A DNA stretch of 64,000 nt from Candidatus Methylomirabilota bacterium (lineage in GTDB: Bacteria > Methylomirabilota > Methylomirabilia > Rokubacteriales > CSP1-6). Positions within the stretch are counted from its first letter, which is position 1. Each line of letters opens with the position of its first letter. Below the pieces are notes generated by a model. That model saw only the letters and a program-made list of their open reading frames with translations, searched no databases and had not been told where the DNA came from. Positions 19,999-29,472 of this stretch are shown piece after piece. The stretch spans positions 1 to 64,000 of the forward strand of contig JBKPAK010000103.1 of the NCBI GenBank assembly GCA_046726415.1, given 5' to 3'. The position numbers and the translations under genes were made by a program.

Positions 19999-20140
19999 GA
20001 GGACCTCGCCATCGCCGATGACGAGGTCCTCCTGCATTCACACCTAGGCCGACTGCCTCGAGCCGTGGAGGATGATCACATCCTCCGCAACATCTGGCTC
20101 GATGACGTGCACGACTCCACGGCCCTCGAAGGTAACACGA
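19999..20140 (+). pseudogene. N-terminal fragment of a Fic-family protein
   Basis: LGRLPRAVEDDHILRNIWLDDVHDSTALEGN resembles the Fic N-terminal S(T)AIEGN motif; no downstream HPFxxGNGR. Confidence 0.45.
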
Positions 20141-20452
20141 CCGTGTGGACGCGGAGCTGGCAGCGCTGGACGCCGCGACCCCGCACCTTGGGCCGGGGGC
20201 GGCTGCGGCCCACCCCTGGAGCAGCGGCTGGCCACCTGGCGGGATCGTCAGCTCCTTCGCACGCTGCTCGACGGACGGATGTTCTACACTCCCACGGTAG
20301 ACGGTGTGGGGTTCTCGTCCGCATCCGGCCGGGCAGGGTTGTCAGCGGCGTGGCGCCCTCAAATCGTCTCATGCGGGTCGACGCATCATACCCGAGGCGG
20401 GCCGCCCCATTCCGTGGGCGGGCGGGACGCGCCCCACCGAGGAGAGATCGAC

Positions 20453-20683
20453 ATGACGCGCGAGACCGTATCGACGTTGCCGCTCGAGACGCTCGACAAA
20501 GAGCGCGTACTGCACCCCGCAACCTCGATCGCCGACCACCTTCGCTCGGGGCCCCGCATCATGGCCGAGGGCTCAGGCCTCACCTTGGTCGACACGGAGG
20601 GAAGGCGCTACCTCGACGCGGTGGCCGGCCTCTGGTGCGTGGCCATCGGCTACGGGCGGACCGAGGCGCGATCGACCATGTGA
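20453..20683 (+). pseudogene. Truncated class-III aminotransferase (N-terminal 76 aa)
   Basis: GAGGAG RBS; LHP...G.G..LVD.EGRRYLDAVAGLWCVAIGYGR then stop. Confidence 0.8.
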
Positions 20684-20733
20684 CTGACGAGCTGACCCGC
20701 GCCGGCGCGTGGCGCGCCGGGAGGAGCTGACCC

Positions 20734-21501
20734 ATGACCACGGAGAATCACCGCGACCAGATCCTCGACCAGTTCACGCGGCAGGCCGTGCCCTTCTCGA
20801 CGTCCCCCGCCGTCAGGGACGAGCAGGCCTTGCGGCTGGTCGTCGAGTTCAGTGGAGCCGGCCCGGACGACACCGTCCTCGACGTGGCCTGCGGGCCCGG
20901 CATTCTGGCCTGCGCCTTCGCGCGCGTGGTGCGCCATGTGACCGGCATCGACCTGACGCCAGCCATGCTCGACCGCGCCCGGGCCCTCGCCGACGAGCAG
21001 CGATTGACCAACGTCACGTGGCAGCAAGGCGACGTCTTGCCGCTGCCCTTCCCCGATGGCACCTTCACCATCGTGACCGCGCGGTTTGCCTTCCACCACT
21101 TCCTCGATCCGGGCGCCGTGCTCGCCGAGATGCGACGGGTGTGCGCAACCGGTGGCCGCGTGGTCGTGATCGACAGCGCGCCGGCCGCCGACAAGGCCGA
21201 CGCCTTCAACAGGATGGAAAAGTTCCGCGATCCCTCGCACGTGCGGGCCATGCCGATCGAGGAACACCTCGCCCTCTATCGAGAGGCCCGCCTGCCGGAG
21301 CCGCGCGTGACATGGTATCGCCTGGAGGGCGAGATGGAAGGGCTCATCAGGCGCTCGTTCCCCAATCCCGGCGACGACGACAGGATCAGGGAGATGTTCG
21401 AAGCGTCGCTCACCGATGACCGCCTCGGGATCCAGGCGCGGCGAGAGGACGGGCGCATCCACTACGGCTACCCGGTGGCCGTGCTGGTCGCCGACCGATG
21501 A
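20734..21501 (+). CDS. Class I SAM-dependent methyltransferase
   Basis: VLDVACGPG, LPFPDGTF, RFAFHH, RDPSH. Confidence 0.88.
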   Translation: MTTENHRDQILDQFTRQAVPFSTSPAVRDEQALRLVVEFSGAGPDDTVLDVACGPGILACAFARVVRHVTGIDLTPAMLDRARALADEQRLTNVTWQQGDVLPLPFPDGTFTIVTARFAFHHFLDPGAVLAEMRRVCATGGRVVVIDSAPAADKADAFNRMEKFRDPSHVRAMPIEEHLALYREARLPEPRVTWYRLEGEMEGLIRRSFPNPGDDDRIREMFEASLTDDRLGIQARREDGRIHYGYPVAVLVADR

Positions 21502-22163
21502 AGATCGTCGACCTCAGCTTCCCATCCGACCTCATTTCCGCTGGGCGGTGGCGCGCGAGATCCGCGCGTCGCACGCGCGCGGCGACAATTCGAGTCATCG
21601 GTGATGACATTGGGCTGTCACGCCTACACGCACGTGGACGCCCCGCGCCACTTCCTGCCGGACGACCGCTCCATCACGGACATGCCCCTCGACCAATGGA
21701 TCGGCGAGGCGGCCGTGGTCGACCTCACGCATCTCGGCGCGAACGGCGAGGTCGCGGAGGCCGATCTGCAGATGCGCGCCCGTCACGTGTGCGCGGGCGA
21801 CATCGCGTTGCTCCGGACGGACTGGCCGCTGCGGATGAGCGTGCATGACGAGCGCTTCTGGCGCAATGCGCCGTACACCGGCCCCAGCGCCTGCCGGTGG
21901 CTGGTGGCGCGGGGGTAAAGTCCGTGGGCTACGACTACCCGCCCGACTTCGCCGTCCGCACGTCCATCCTCGAAAAGGGCCGCCGCATCCCGCGCGAGGA
22001 CAACACGACTCATTACATCTTCTTTCCCGCCGGCATCACGGTGATCGAGTACCTCACCAACCTCGACCAGATCGGCGTCCCCCGCTGCCGCTTCCTGGCG
22101 CTGCCGCTCAAGATCGAGGGCGCCGACGGCTCGCCGGTCCGCGCGGTGGCCATCGTAGACTAG
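21498..22163 (+). pseudogene. Cyclase (kynurenine formamidase-like) family gene split by three -1 frameshifts
   Basis: MKIVDLS, HAYTHVDAPRH, LLRTD, IEYLTNL, LPLKIEGADGSPVRAVA found across successive frames. Confidence 0.8.
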
Positions 22164-22167
22164 CTCT

Positions 22168-23109
22168 GTGACGGACGAGCACCTCCTGGACCTGCGCCTG
22201 GCGCCGATGGCCGGCGTCACCAATGCGCCGTTCCGGGTCGTCGCCCGCGAGTGTGGGGCGGGGCTTCTCACCAGCGAGGAGATCGACGCCCGCGGGCTCG
22301 TCGCCGACAGCGGCCACACGCGCGAGCTGGCCCGCTACCTACCCGAAGAGCATCCTATCGCCTTCCAGCTCCTCGGCAGTGATCCCGAGATCTTGGCCGA
22401 GGCGGCACGCCGACTGGAGGATGCCGGAGCCGACGGCATCGATCTCAACATGGGTTGCCCGGTGGCGAAGATCGTGGCCAAGGGGCATGGCGCCGCCCTC
22501 ATGCGCGATGGGGTAGCGGCCGCCGTGATCTTCCGCACCGTGCGCAAGGCCGTGCGGGGGCCCTTCACCATCAAGATCCGCGGCGGGTGGGATGACCGGA
22601 GCCTCAACGCCGTGGAGATCGCTCGCTTCGCCGAAGATGAAGGTGTCGATGGCATCACCGTGCACCCGCGCACGCGCTCTCAGCAGTTCACCGGGCGCGC
22701 GCCCTGGGAGATCATCGCCGCCGTGGTGGAGGCCGTGCGCCTCCCGGTCATCGGCAACGGCGACGTGCGCAGTCGCGCGGACGCGAAGGCGATGGTGGCG
22801 GCCACGGGCTGTGCGGGGGTGATGATCGGACGCGGGGCCCTGGGCGCCCCCTGGGTGTTCGCGTCCGCAGCGGTGACGCGCGAGGAGCGGGCGCGGTTCG
22901 TTCGGCGGCATGCTGACCTGATCGACGCGCACTTCCCGCCGCGGGTGGCGCTCATCCAGCTCAAGAAACACCTCGCCTGGTACACGCACGGACTGCCGTT
23001 TGCCGCGCCGGCGCGCCCCGTCATCTTCGAAGCGCCGGACGCCGAGCGCGCCAAGGCCGCTTTCTGGCGCTTCTGGGATAAGGTGGACGCCGACGCGGCG
23101 CAGACATGA
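22168..23109 (+). CDS. tRNA-dihydrouridine synthase (Dus family)
   Basis: LAPMAGVT, DLNMGCP, TVHPRT, GNGDV, VMIGRG. Confidence 0.9.
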   Translation: MTDEHLLDLRLAPMAGVTNAPFRVVARECGAGLLTSEEIDARGLVADSGHTRELARYLPEEHPIAFQLLGSDPEILAEAARRLEDAGADGIDLNMGCPVAKIVAKGHGAALMRDGVAAAVIFRTVRKAVRGPFTIKIRGGWDDRSLNAVEIARFAEDEGVDGITVHPRTRSQQFTGRAPWEIIAAVVEAVRLPVIGNGDVRSRADAKAMVAATGCAGVMIGRGALGAPWVFASAAVTREERARFVRRHADLIDAHFPPRVALIQLKKHLAWYTHGLPFAAPARPVIFEAPDAERAKAAFWRFWDKVDADAAQT

Positions 23110-23552
23110 CCCAGAAGTTCTTTGAGGACTTCGCCATCGGCGAGCGCTTCGGCAGTCCCAGCAAGACCCTCACCGATGCGCACTTCATGTTCTTCGCGGG
23201 CATGACGGGAGACGCCCACCCCATCCACTACGATGACGAGTACGCGAAGAAACACCGCTTCGGGCGCCGCCTCGCCCACGGCCTGCTGCTCACCTCCATG
23301 ACGGCCGTCGGCGCCTCGACCTTGGCCCCGCTCATCGAGGATTCCATCATCGCCTTTGTCGAGCAGACCACGCGCTTTCTGGCACCGGCCTTCGTGGGCG
23401 ACACCATCACCCCGACCCACGAGATCGTGGGTCTCGATCGGAAGCGCTCAGCCGGCCTGCTGACCTTGCGGGTGACCTTGACCAACCAGCGCGGCGAAAC
23501 CATCCTCGACGGCCAGCACCGCTATCTCATCGCCTACCGCCCACTCGCCTGA
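23106..23552 (+). CDS. MaoC family dehydratase
   Basis: FAGMTGDAHPIHYD, AHG, PAFVGDTI. Confidence 0.9.
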   Translation: MTQKFFEDFAIGERFGSPSKTLTDAHFMFFAGMTGDAHPIHYDDEYAKKHRFGRRLAHGLLLTSMTAVGASTLAPLIEDSIIAFVEQTTRFLAPAFVGDTITPTHEIVGLDRKRSAGLLTLRVTLTNQRGETILDGQHRYLIAYRPLA

Positions 23553-23583
23553 TCGCCCGACACGGCGCGGGGCCGGGAGCGGA

Positions 23584-24684
23584 TCAGTCGGAACGGCCGC
23601 GGGCGGCGATCTCCCAGACGGCCTCGACCTCCTGGCCGCGCACGGCGTAGACGCGATCGTAGAGGTTGAAGGTCGGATCGCAGTGGGGCGGGAAGAACTC
23701 GATGCGGTCAGCCAACCGTATCGGCCGATCGGGATCCTTGATCACCAGCCGGCCATGCTCGTCCCCCGCGAACTCGTAAGCCAGGCCGGGGCGCTCGACG
23801 GCCTCCGGTGGGAACGGCTTGTCCGTGGAAAAGGCCTTGAGTCCGCCATCGACGATAGCCCGCTCGGCCGTGGGGACGCTGACCACAGTGGTGGTCACGG
23901 TCAAGGCCATCTCGAAGTCGGTGAGCGAATCGCCGGTGCGGCCACCGATCCGCCGGTAGTCGATGTCCATCACGCAGTACGAACCGGACTGCAGCTCACT
24001 GAGGCCCGACAGCTCGCTGTCGATGTCATACGTGCCCGTCGAGCCACCAGCCACGATGTCCACCGGCAACCCCGCCCGCTCCAGAAGCGTCCGAGTGGTC
24101 ATGAGGGGCGCCAGGGCCGCGTGCGACGCTTCCCGCCGCGCCTTCCAGCCGACGACGTGAGCGCAGTGCCCGGCGTACCCCTGCAAGCCGCGGAGGCGTA
24201 AGGCCCGCGAGGCGACGACCGCTCGGGCCAGGGCGAGGGCCAGCTCACCGGGCTGAATTCCGGTGCGCCGGGTACCGACGTCGACGTCCACCAGGACATC
24301 GATCGTCACCCCGGCCGCCCGGCCGGCGCGATCGAGGGCGGCGACGTTCTCGGCGTGGTCGACGACGAGCATAGTGTCCGGTGCCTCGCGAACCAGGCTC
24401 ACCAGGCGCTCGATTTTCGGCTCGGGGACGACGGGCGTCGTGATGAGGAGACCGCGAATGCCGGCCCGGGCCATCACTTCCGCCTCACCGAGCTTGGCGC
24501 ACGCTACCCCGACCGCCCCCGCCGCGATCTGGCGCCGGGCGATCTCGGGACATCGGTGCGTCTTCGCGTGTGGACGAATCGCCTTGCCGGCCTCGCGCAC
24601 GTGCGCGGCCATACGCGCGAGGTTGCGCTCGAAGCGGTCGAGATCGAGGAGCAGTGCTGGAGTGGGAATCGCGTCGCGTCGCAT
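23584..24684 (-). CDS. DSD1/D-threonine aldolase-like PLP-dependent enzyme
   Basis: TPALLLDLD, RPHAKTH, QGYAGH, DEHG, PPHCDPT.NL. Confidence 0.88.
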   Translation of the reverse strand: MRRDAIPTPALLLDLDRFERNLARMAAHVREAGKAIRPHAKTHRCPEIARRQIAAGAVGVACAKLGEAEVMARAGIRGLLITTPVVPEPKIERLVSLVREAPDTMLVVDHAENVAALDRAGRAAGVTIDVLVDVDVGTRRTGIQPGELALALARAVVASRALRLRGLQGYAGHCAHVVGWKARREASHAALAPLMTTRTLLERAGLPVDIVAGGSTGTYDIDSELSGLSELQSGSYCVMDIDYRRIGGRTGDSLTDFEMALTVTTTVVSVPTAERAIVDGGLKAFSTDKPFPPEAVERPGLAYEFAGDEHGRLVIKDPDRPIRLADRIEFFPPHCDPTFNLYDRVYAVRGQEVEAVWEIAARGRSD

Positions 24685-24770
24685 GGGCGACCGAACTCTA
24701 GCACACTCGACCGCTCTCCGACGACGGCGGGGCGGGCGGGGATCGACCACGGCCGGTGCCGACGAGGCCC

Positions 24771-25244
24771 TCACGGCTCGACGCTGACGCTGTCGCTCAG
24801 CTCATCGGTATCGCCCCGCTGTCGCGGGAAGTGACGACCGAGGGCGAGCCCCAACTCGCGCACCGCGTCGACCACGGCCGCCCGGGTCTCGCCCCGGCGG
24901 AGCCGCTCGACCATGAGGTCGCGGATCTGCGGCCAGTAGGCGTCGCCAACCCGCGCGTGGATGCCCTCGTCGCCGACGATCGCCACTTGACGATCCTCGA
25001 ACGCGAGATAGACGAGCACGCCATGGCGCAGCGCCGTCCGGTGCATACCCAGATGGGCGAACACGTCGCGGGCGCGGCGCAGGGTATCGCGACGGCCCGC
25101 ACCGCGCGCCGCCGGCACGCGCCGCTCCAGATGCACGCGGACCTCCGCCGACGTCGCCCTCTCGGCCTCCTCGACGGCCTGCGCGATGGCCTCGAAGTCG
25201 GCCTCGGAGAACAGGGATTGCGCCCAGCGAGGATGCCGCCCCAT
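24771..25244 (-). CDS. TPM domain protein
   Basis: AE..TSAEVRVH, IVGDEGIH, HFP....DELSD; lemA operon context. Confidence 0.88.
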   Translation of the reverse strand: MGRHPRWAQSLFSEADFEAIAQAVEEAERATSAEVRVHLERRVPAARGAGRRDTLRRARDVFAHLGMHRTALRHGVLVYLAFEDRQVAIVGDEGIHARVGDAYWPQIRDLMVERLRRGETRAAVVDAVRELGLALGRHFPRQRGDTDELSDSVSVEP

Positions 25245-25993
25245 TACCAGTCTCCGCTCGCGCCGCCCCCGCCGAAACTGCCTCCCCCCGGCGAGAAGCG
25301 GGTGTCCTCGCGGTCATCATCACCTGCGCTCCGGCCCCAGCCACCGCCCCAGACGATGGGAGGGACCGCGACGGGCACACCCCACCCGCCGCGCGAGCGC
25401 GAATAGGTGTAGGCCGCCGGCCCGCGTCGGCGGGCGCCACGGAGAGCGCCGAGGACCATCACCGCGATGACGACGACCACGAAGAGCAGCGCGATCTGGG
25501 TGGGACCGACAGGGGCCGAGCCTGGACGAGCGCGCGCTGGCACCGGGGTGGCATCGATCCTCGCAAAGATCGCGTTGACGGCCGCCTCGAGACCCGCGGC
25601 GTACCGTCCCTCCCGGAATGCTGGCGCGATGCTGTCGCGAATGATCAGGCCGGCGACGGCGTCCGGAATGGCGCCCTCGAGGCCATAGCCGACCTCCAGC
25701 CGGACTTTCCTGTCCTTTGCAAACACCAGGATGATGACCCCGTTGTCGAGCCCCTTCTGCCCGACCCGCCAGCGATCGGCCAACCGGATGGAGAAGTCCT
25801 CGAGGTTCTCCCCGTCGAGCGACGGAAAGATCGCCACCGCGACCTGCGCCCCCGTGGCCCGTTCCCGGTCGCCGATCCGCGCCTCCAGGCGCTCCCGCTC
25901 AGCCGGGGCGAGAATCCCGGCGTAGTCGTTCACGCGAGCAGTGGGCGCGGGCGGGATGACGAGAGCGAGGGCGAGCAGTGCGGTGACGACCAG
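25244..25993 (-). CDS. TPM domain protein (YgcG-like), start uncertain
   Basis: VNDYAG.L, DNGVII, EVGYGLEGAIPD, Gly-rich tail GGGGASGDW; signal-like region begins at CTG 25993. Confidence 0.88.
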   Translation of the reverse strand: MVVTALLALALVIPPAPTARVNDYAGILAPAERERLEARIGDRERATGAQVAVAIFPSLDGENLEDFSIRLADRWRVGQKGLDNGVIILVFAKDRKVRLEVGYGLEGAIPDAVAGLIIRDSIAPAFREGRYAAGLEAAVNAIFARIDATPVPARARPGSAPVGPTQIALLFVVVVIAVMVLGALRGARRRGPAAYTYSRSRGGWGVPVAVPPIVWGGGWGRSAGDDDREDTRFSPGGGSFGGGGASGDW

Positions 25994-25994
25994 A

Positions 25995-26579
25995 CTAGAA
26001 CTTCACCTTCGGAGCCGTGGCCGCTTCGGGCGCCGCCTCGAAGAAGGCGCGCGGCTCGAATCCGGCCAGGCGGGCGACGAGATTGCCCGGGAACCTCCGG
26101 AGCTTCGTGTTGTACTCCCGCACGGCCTCGTTGAAACGGCGGCGCTCGACGACGATGCGGTTCTCCGTCCCCTCGAGCTGGGTCTGGAGGGCCAGGAAGT
26201 TCTGGTTGCTCTTGAGTTCCGGATAGCGCTCCACCGTCACCAGCAGGCGGCTCAGCGCGCCCGAGAGCTGGGTCTGCGCCGCCTCGAACCGCTCCAGCGC
26301 CTTTGGATCCTTGAGCGCTTCGGGCGTGAGCTGGATGCTGCTGGCGCTGGCCCGCGCCCGCGTGACCTCCTCCAGAACCGTTCGCTCCTGCGCAGCCGCG
26401 CCCTTCACCGTCTCCACCAGATTGGGGATGAGATCCGCGCGGCGCTGGTAGACGTTCTGGACTTGCGCCCACCGCTCGTTGACGATTTGCTCGATGGGGA
26501 CGAGCTGGTTGTAGACGCTGACGCCCCAGATGCCGAGGCCTACGATCAGCACGACCAGCACCCCGGCCAGCAGCTTCAT
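25995..26579 (-). CDS. lemA: LemA family protein
   Basis: YQRRADLIPNLVETVKG, ERYPELKSNQNF, EGTENRI. Confidence 0.95.
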   Translation of the reverse strand: MKLLAGVLVVLIVGLGIWGVSVYNQLVPIEQIVNERWAQVQNVYQRRADLIPNLVETVKGAAAQERTVLEEVTRARASASSIQLTPEALKDPKALERFEAAQTQLSGALSRLLVTVERYPELKSNQNFLALQTQLEGTENRIVVERRRFNEAVREYNTKLRRFPGNLVARLAGFEPRAFFEAAPEAATAPKVKF

Positions 26580-26672
26580 CAGCGGTCAGTATACGCGACA
26601 CCCGGCGGCGCTCTGGCCACCACCACCGAACACGACCGCGCGGAGCAAGCTCACGCGAGGGACGGTCGGTCG

Positions 26673-26702
26673 GTTGACGTCAACGGTTGGGCGGCTTAGA
26701 CT
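26673..26702 (+). promoter_or_regulatory. Sigma70 promoter with a 12-bp palindrome over the -35 box
   Basis: TTGACG (26674-79), N17, TAGACT (26697-702); GTTGACGTCAAC palindrome at 26673-84. Confidence 0.6.
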
Positions 26703-26709
26703 TCGCGGC

Positions 26710-27537
26710 GTGCCGCTTCAAAGCCTGCCCGAATACCGCATCACGGCACGCAACACCTCCAAGCAGTCCGAGAACCTCATCCACGACGACGCGACGGCCC
26801 GCCGATATGGGTTTGGAGGCGGACTGGTTCCCGGCGTGACCGTGTACGCGTATCTTACCCATCCGCTGGTCGCCACGTTCGGGGCGGCGTGGCTCGAACG
26901 GGGGACGGCCGCGGTGCGCTTCGTCAAACCGATCTTCGAGGGAGACGAGGTGGTCGTGTCCGGCTCGGTGACCGAGCGCGACGCCACCGGCATCGCCGTC
27001 TCTGTCGCCGCACGGGGCGGGCGGGGGGAAGAGTGCGCCCTGATGTCGGCCACGATTCCCGCCGGCCTTCCAACCCCGGTGAACGTCGCGCCCTATCGCG
27101 AGGCGCCTCTCCCCGTCCAGCGCCCGACCGCCACGCGCGAGTACTTCCTGGGCACGGCCACTCTCGGGACTCCCATGACGTCCTACGACGACGCGCGGGC
27201 CGCCGAGTACCTGGCCAAGGTGGATGATCCGCTCGCGCTCTACCGCGGCACCGGTGCCCCGGTGCATCCGGCGTTCTACCTCGACCAGTCCAATCGCGCT
27301 CTGAGCGGGAACGTGCGGCTCGGGCCGTGGATCCATGCGGCGAGCGCCGTGCGCCATCTCGGCTCGGCCCGCGTCGGCGACACCCTGCGAACGCTCGGCC
27401 TGGTCCGCTCGCTCTACGAGAAGAAGGGGCGTGAGTTCGTGGAGTTGGACCTCGTTATCGTCGCGGGCGAGCGCCGCCGCCCGATCGCTCACGTCCTGCA
27501 CACCGCGATCTATCGGCTCCCCGAGCCCGCGCCGTGA
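26710..27537 (+). CDS. Double hotdog-fold (MaoC-like) protein
   Basis: SENLIHDD..A..YGF.GGLVPGV, RFVKP..EGD, second half YEKKGREFVELD. Confidence 0.75.
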   Translation: MPLQSLPEYRITARNTSKQSENLIHDDATARRYGFGGGLVPGVTVYAYLTHPLVATFGAAWLERGTAAVRFVKPIFEGDEVVVSGSVTERDATGIAVSVAARGGRGEECALMSATIPAGLPTPVNVAPYREAPLPVQRPTATREYFLGTATLGTPMTSYDDARAAEYLAKVDDPLALYRGTGAPVHPAFYLDQSNRALSGNVRLGPWIHAASAVRHLGSARVGDTLRTLGLVRSLYEKKGREFVELDLVIVAGERRRPIAHVLHTAIYRLPEPAP

Positions 27538-28670
27538 CGCCGCTCGCCGGCGTTCGCGTCCTCGATTTCACGAGCTATATTGCCGGCTCCTACGCGGCCA
27601 TGATGTTGGCCGACCTGGGAGCGGACGTCCTCAAGGTCGAGTCGCTCGAGGGCGACTCGTTTCGCGAGCTGCCCGGATTCTTCGGATGGAACCGGGGCAA
27701 GCGCTCTCTGGCGGTGGACCTCAAGACCCCGGAGGGACGTTCGATCGCAGAACGCCTGGCCGCCGAGAGCGATGTCGCCATGGAGAACATGCGTCCGGGC
27801 GTCGCCGATCGTCTGGGGGTGGGCGCCGATCGGCTCCGCGCGCTCAATCCCCGCCTCGTTTACTGCTCGGTGACCGCCTTCGGCTCGAGTGGCCCCTACC
27901 GCGACCGCCCGGGATTCGACCCGCTCCTCCAGGCTCTGGGCGGCGCCATGGCACTGCAAGGCGGCGATGGTCCACCTCAATTCCTCAGGATGGCGGTGAC
28001 GGATTACTACACGGCCGCGCTAGCCGCGCAGGCAGTGCTGGCGGCTCTGGTGGCTCGGGGCCGGACCGGCGAGGGCCAGCATGTCAAGACGTCGCTCCTC
28101 CACGGGGTCCTCGCCCTGCAATCGGGCGATATCGTCGCGTACCCAGGGAAGCCGCCGCGCTTCCGCGAGACGCCGACCTACCGGCTCTACCAGGCCAGCG
28201 ACGGCGAGTGGTTCTTCCTGGCGTGCGGAAACCAGTCTTTCTGGGCGAAGCTCTGCAAGGCGCTCAACCGCGAAGATCTCACCGATGATCCGCGTTTCGC
28301 ATCCTGGCGCCTCCGCGGCGAGAACCGAGCCGCGCTGGCACCGCTGCTCGAGGAGACGTTCCGCAGCCGGCCGCGGCCGGAGTGGCTGGCCCTGCTCGCC
28401 TTGCACGACATTCCGGCGGCCCCGGTGCAGACCCTGGAAGAGTTTCTCCGCGATCCCGTGGTTCACCATCACGGCATGGTGCGGGAGTACGCGCATCCCG
28501 AAGTCGGTCGCCTGCGCCTCATGGGTCAGCCGCTGGCCTTTTCCGACACACCCACCGCGGATCCGGGGCCACCGCCCACCCTTGGCCAACACACCGACGA
28601 CACGTTGAAAACGCTCGGCTACAGTCCCGACTCGATTGCCAATCTGAGGTCTCGAGCCATCGTGAGGTGA
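27534..28670 (+). CDS. CaiB/BaiF family CoA transferase
   Basis: PLAGVRVLD, LADLGADV.KVE, NRGKRS, ENMRPG, PP.LGQHT. Confidence 0.93.
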   Translation: MTPLAGVRVLDFTSYIAGSYAAMMLADLGADVLKVESLEGDSFRELPGFFGWNRGKRSLAVDLKTPEGRSIAERLAAESDVAMENMRPGVADRLGVGADRLRALNPRLVYCSVTAFGSSGPYRDRPGFDPLLQALGGAMALQGGDGPPQFLRMAVTDYYTAALAAQAVLAALVARGRTGEGQHVKTSLLHGVLALQSGDIVAYPGKPPRFRETPTYRLYQASDGEWFFLACGNQSFWAKLCKALNREDLTDDPRFASWRLRGENRAALAPLLEETFRSRPRPEWLALLALHDIPAAPVQTLEEFLRDPVVHHHGMVREYAHPEVGRLRLMGQPLAFSDTPTADPGPPPTLGQHTDDTLKTLGYSPDSIANLRSRAIVR

Positions 28671-28673
28671 GTG

Positions 28674-29465
28674 ATGTCTGAGCCGGCCTACGAGACCATC
28701 CGCCACGACGCGGCCGACGGCGTGGCCACGATCACCCTCGACCGGCCCGCCGTGCTCAACGCCATGAACGACCCCATGCGGCGCGAGCTGACTCGCTGCT
28801 TCACCGAACTCGCCGGCGACGATGACGTGCGCGTAGTGGTGGTCACCGGCGCGGGTGATCGGGCCTTCTCGGCGGGCGCCGACATCCGCGAATTCGTAGA
28901 ACCGCCGGTGCCGGTGCGCCTCCGGGAGCAGCGCCGACGGCAGGACTTCCGCCAGGTCATGGACCAATGTCCACAACCTATCATCGCGGCGATCCGCGGC
29001 TATGCCCTGGGGGGTGGACTCGAGCTGGCCCTGGCCTGCGACATCCGCATCGCGGGCGAGGACGCTCAGCTCGGCCTCACTGAGATCAACCTGGCTATCA
29101 TCCCCGGCGGGGGCGGCACTCAGCGTCTGCCGCGGGTGGTGGGGCGGGGCAAGGCCCTCGAGATGATTCTCAGCGGCGCGCGGCTGCCCGCCTCCGAGGC
29201 GCTGCGCCTTGGACTCGTGGAGCGCGTGGTCCCGCCCACCGAGGTGCTCGCGACGGCGCTGGACCTCGCGCGGACCCTCGCCGCCAAGGCTCCTGTGGCA
29301 TTGCGCTACGCCAAGGAAGCCGTTGTGAAGGGACTGGAGCTGCCCCTGGCGGAAGGTTTGCGCCTCGAGGGAGATCTGTCCACTCTGCTGCGCACGACGG
29401 AGGATCGCCTGGAAGGTGCCCGGGCCTTCCTCGAGAAGCGGACGCCGCGCTGGCAGGGTCGATGA
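28674..29465 (+). CDS. Enoyl-CoA hydratase/isomerase
   Basis: AFSAGADI, ALGGGLELALACD, GGGTQRL. Confidence 0.93.
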   Translation: MSEPAYETIRHDAADGVATITLDRPAVLNAMNDPMRRELTRCFTELAGDDDVRVVVVTGAGDRAFSAGADIREFVEPPVPVRLREQRRRQDFRQVMDQCPQPIIAAIRGYALGGGLELALACDIRIAGEDAQLGLTEINLAIIPGGGGTQRLPRVVGRGKALEMILSGARLPASEALRLGLVERVVPPTEVLATALDLARTLAAKAPVALRYAKEAVVKGLELPLAEGLRLEGDLSTLLRTTEDRLEGARAFLEKRTPRWQGR

Positions 29466-29472
29466 TGCATTC

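Noticed and set aside
20681-20683. Sec read-through of the aminotransferase TGA
   Set aside because: Not a Cys position, similarity is lost before the stop, and another stop follows within a few codons.
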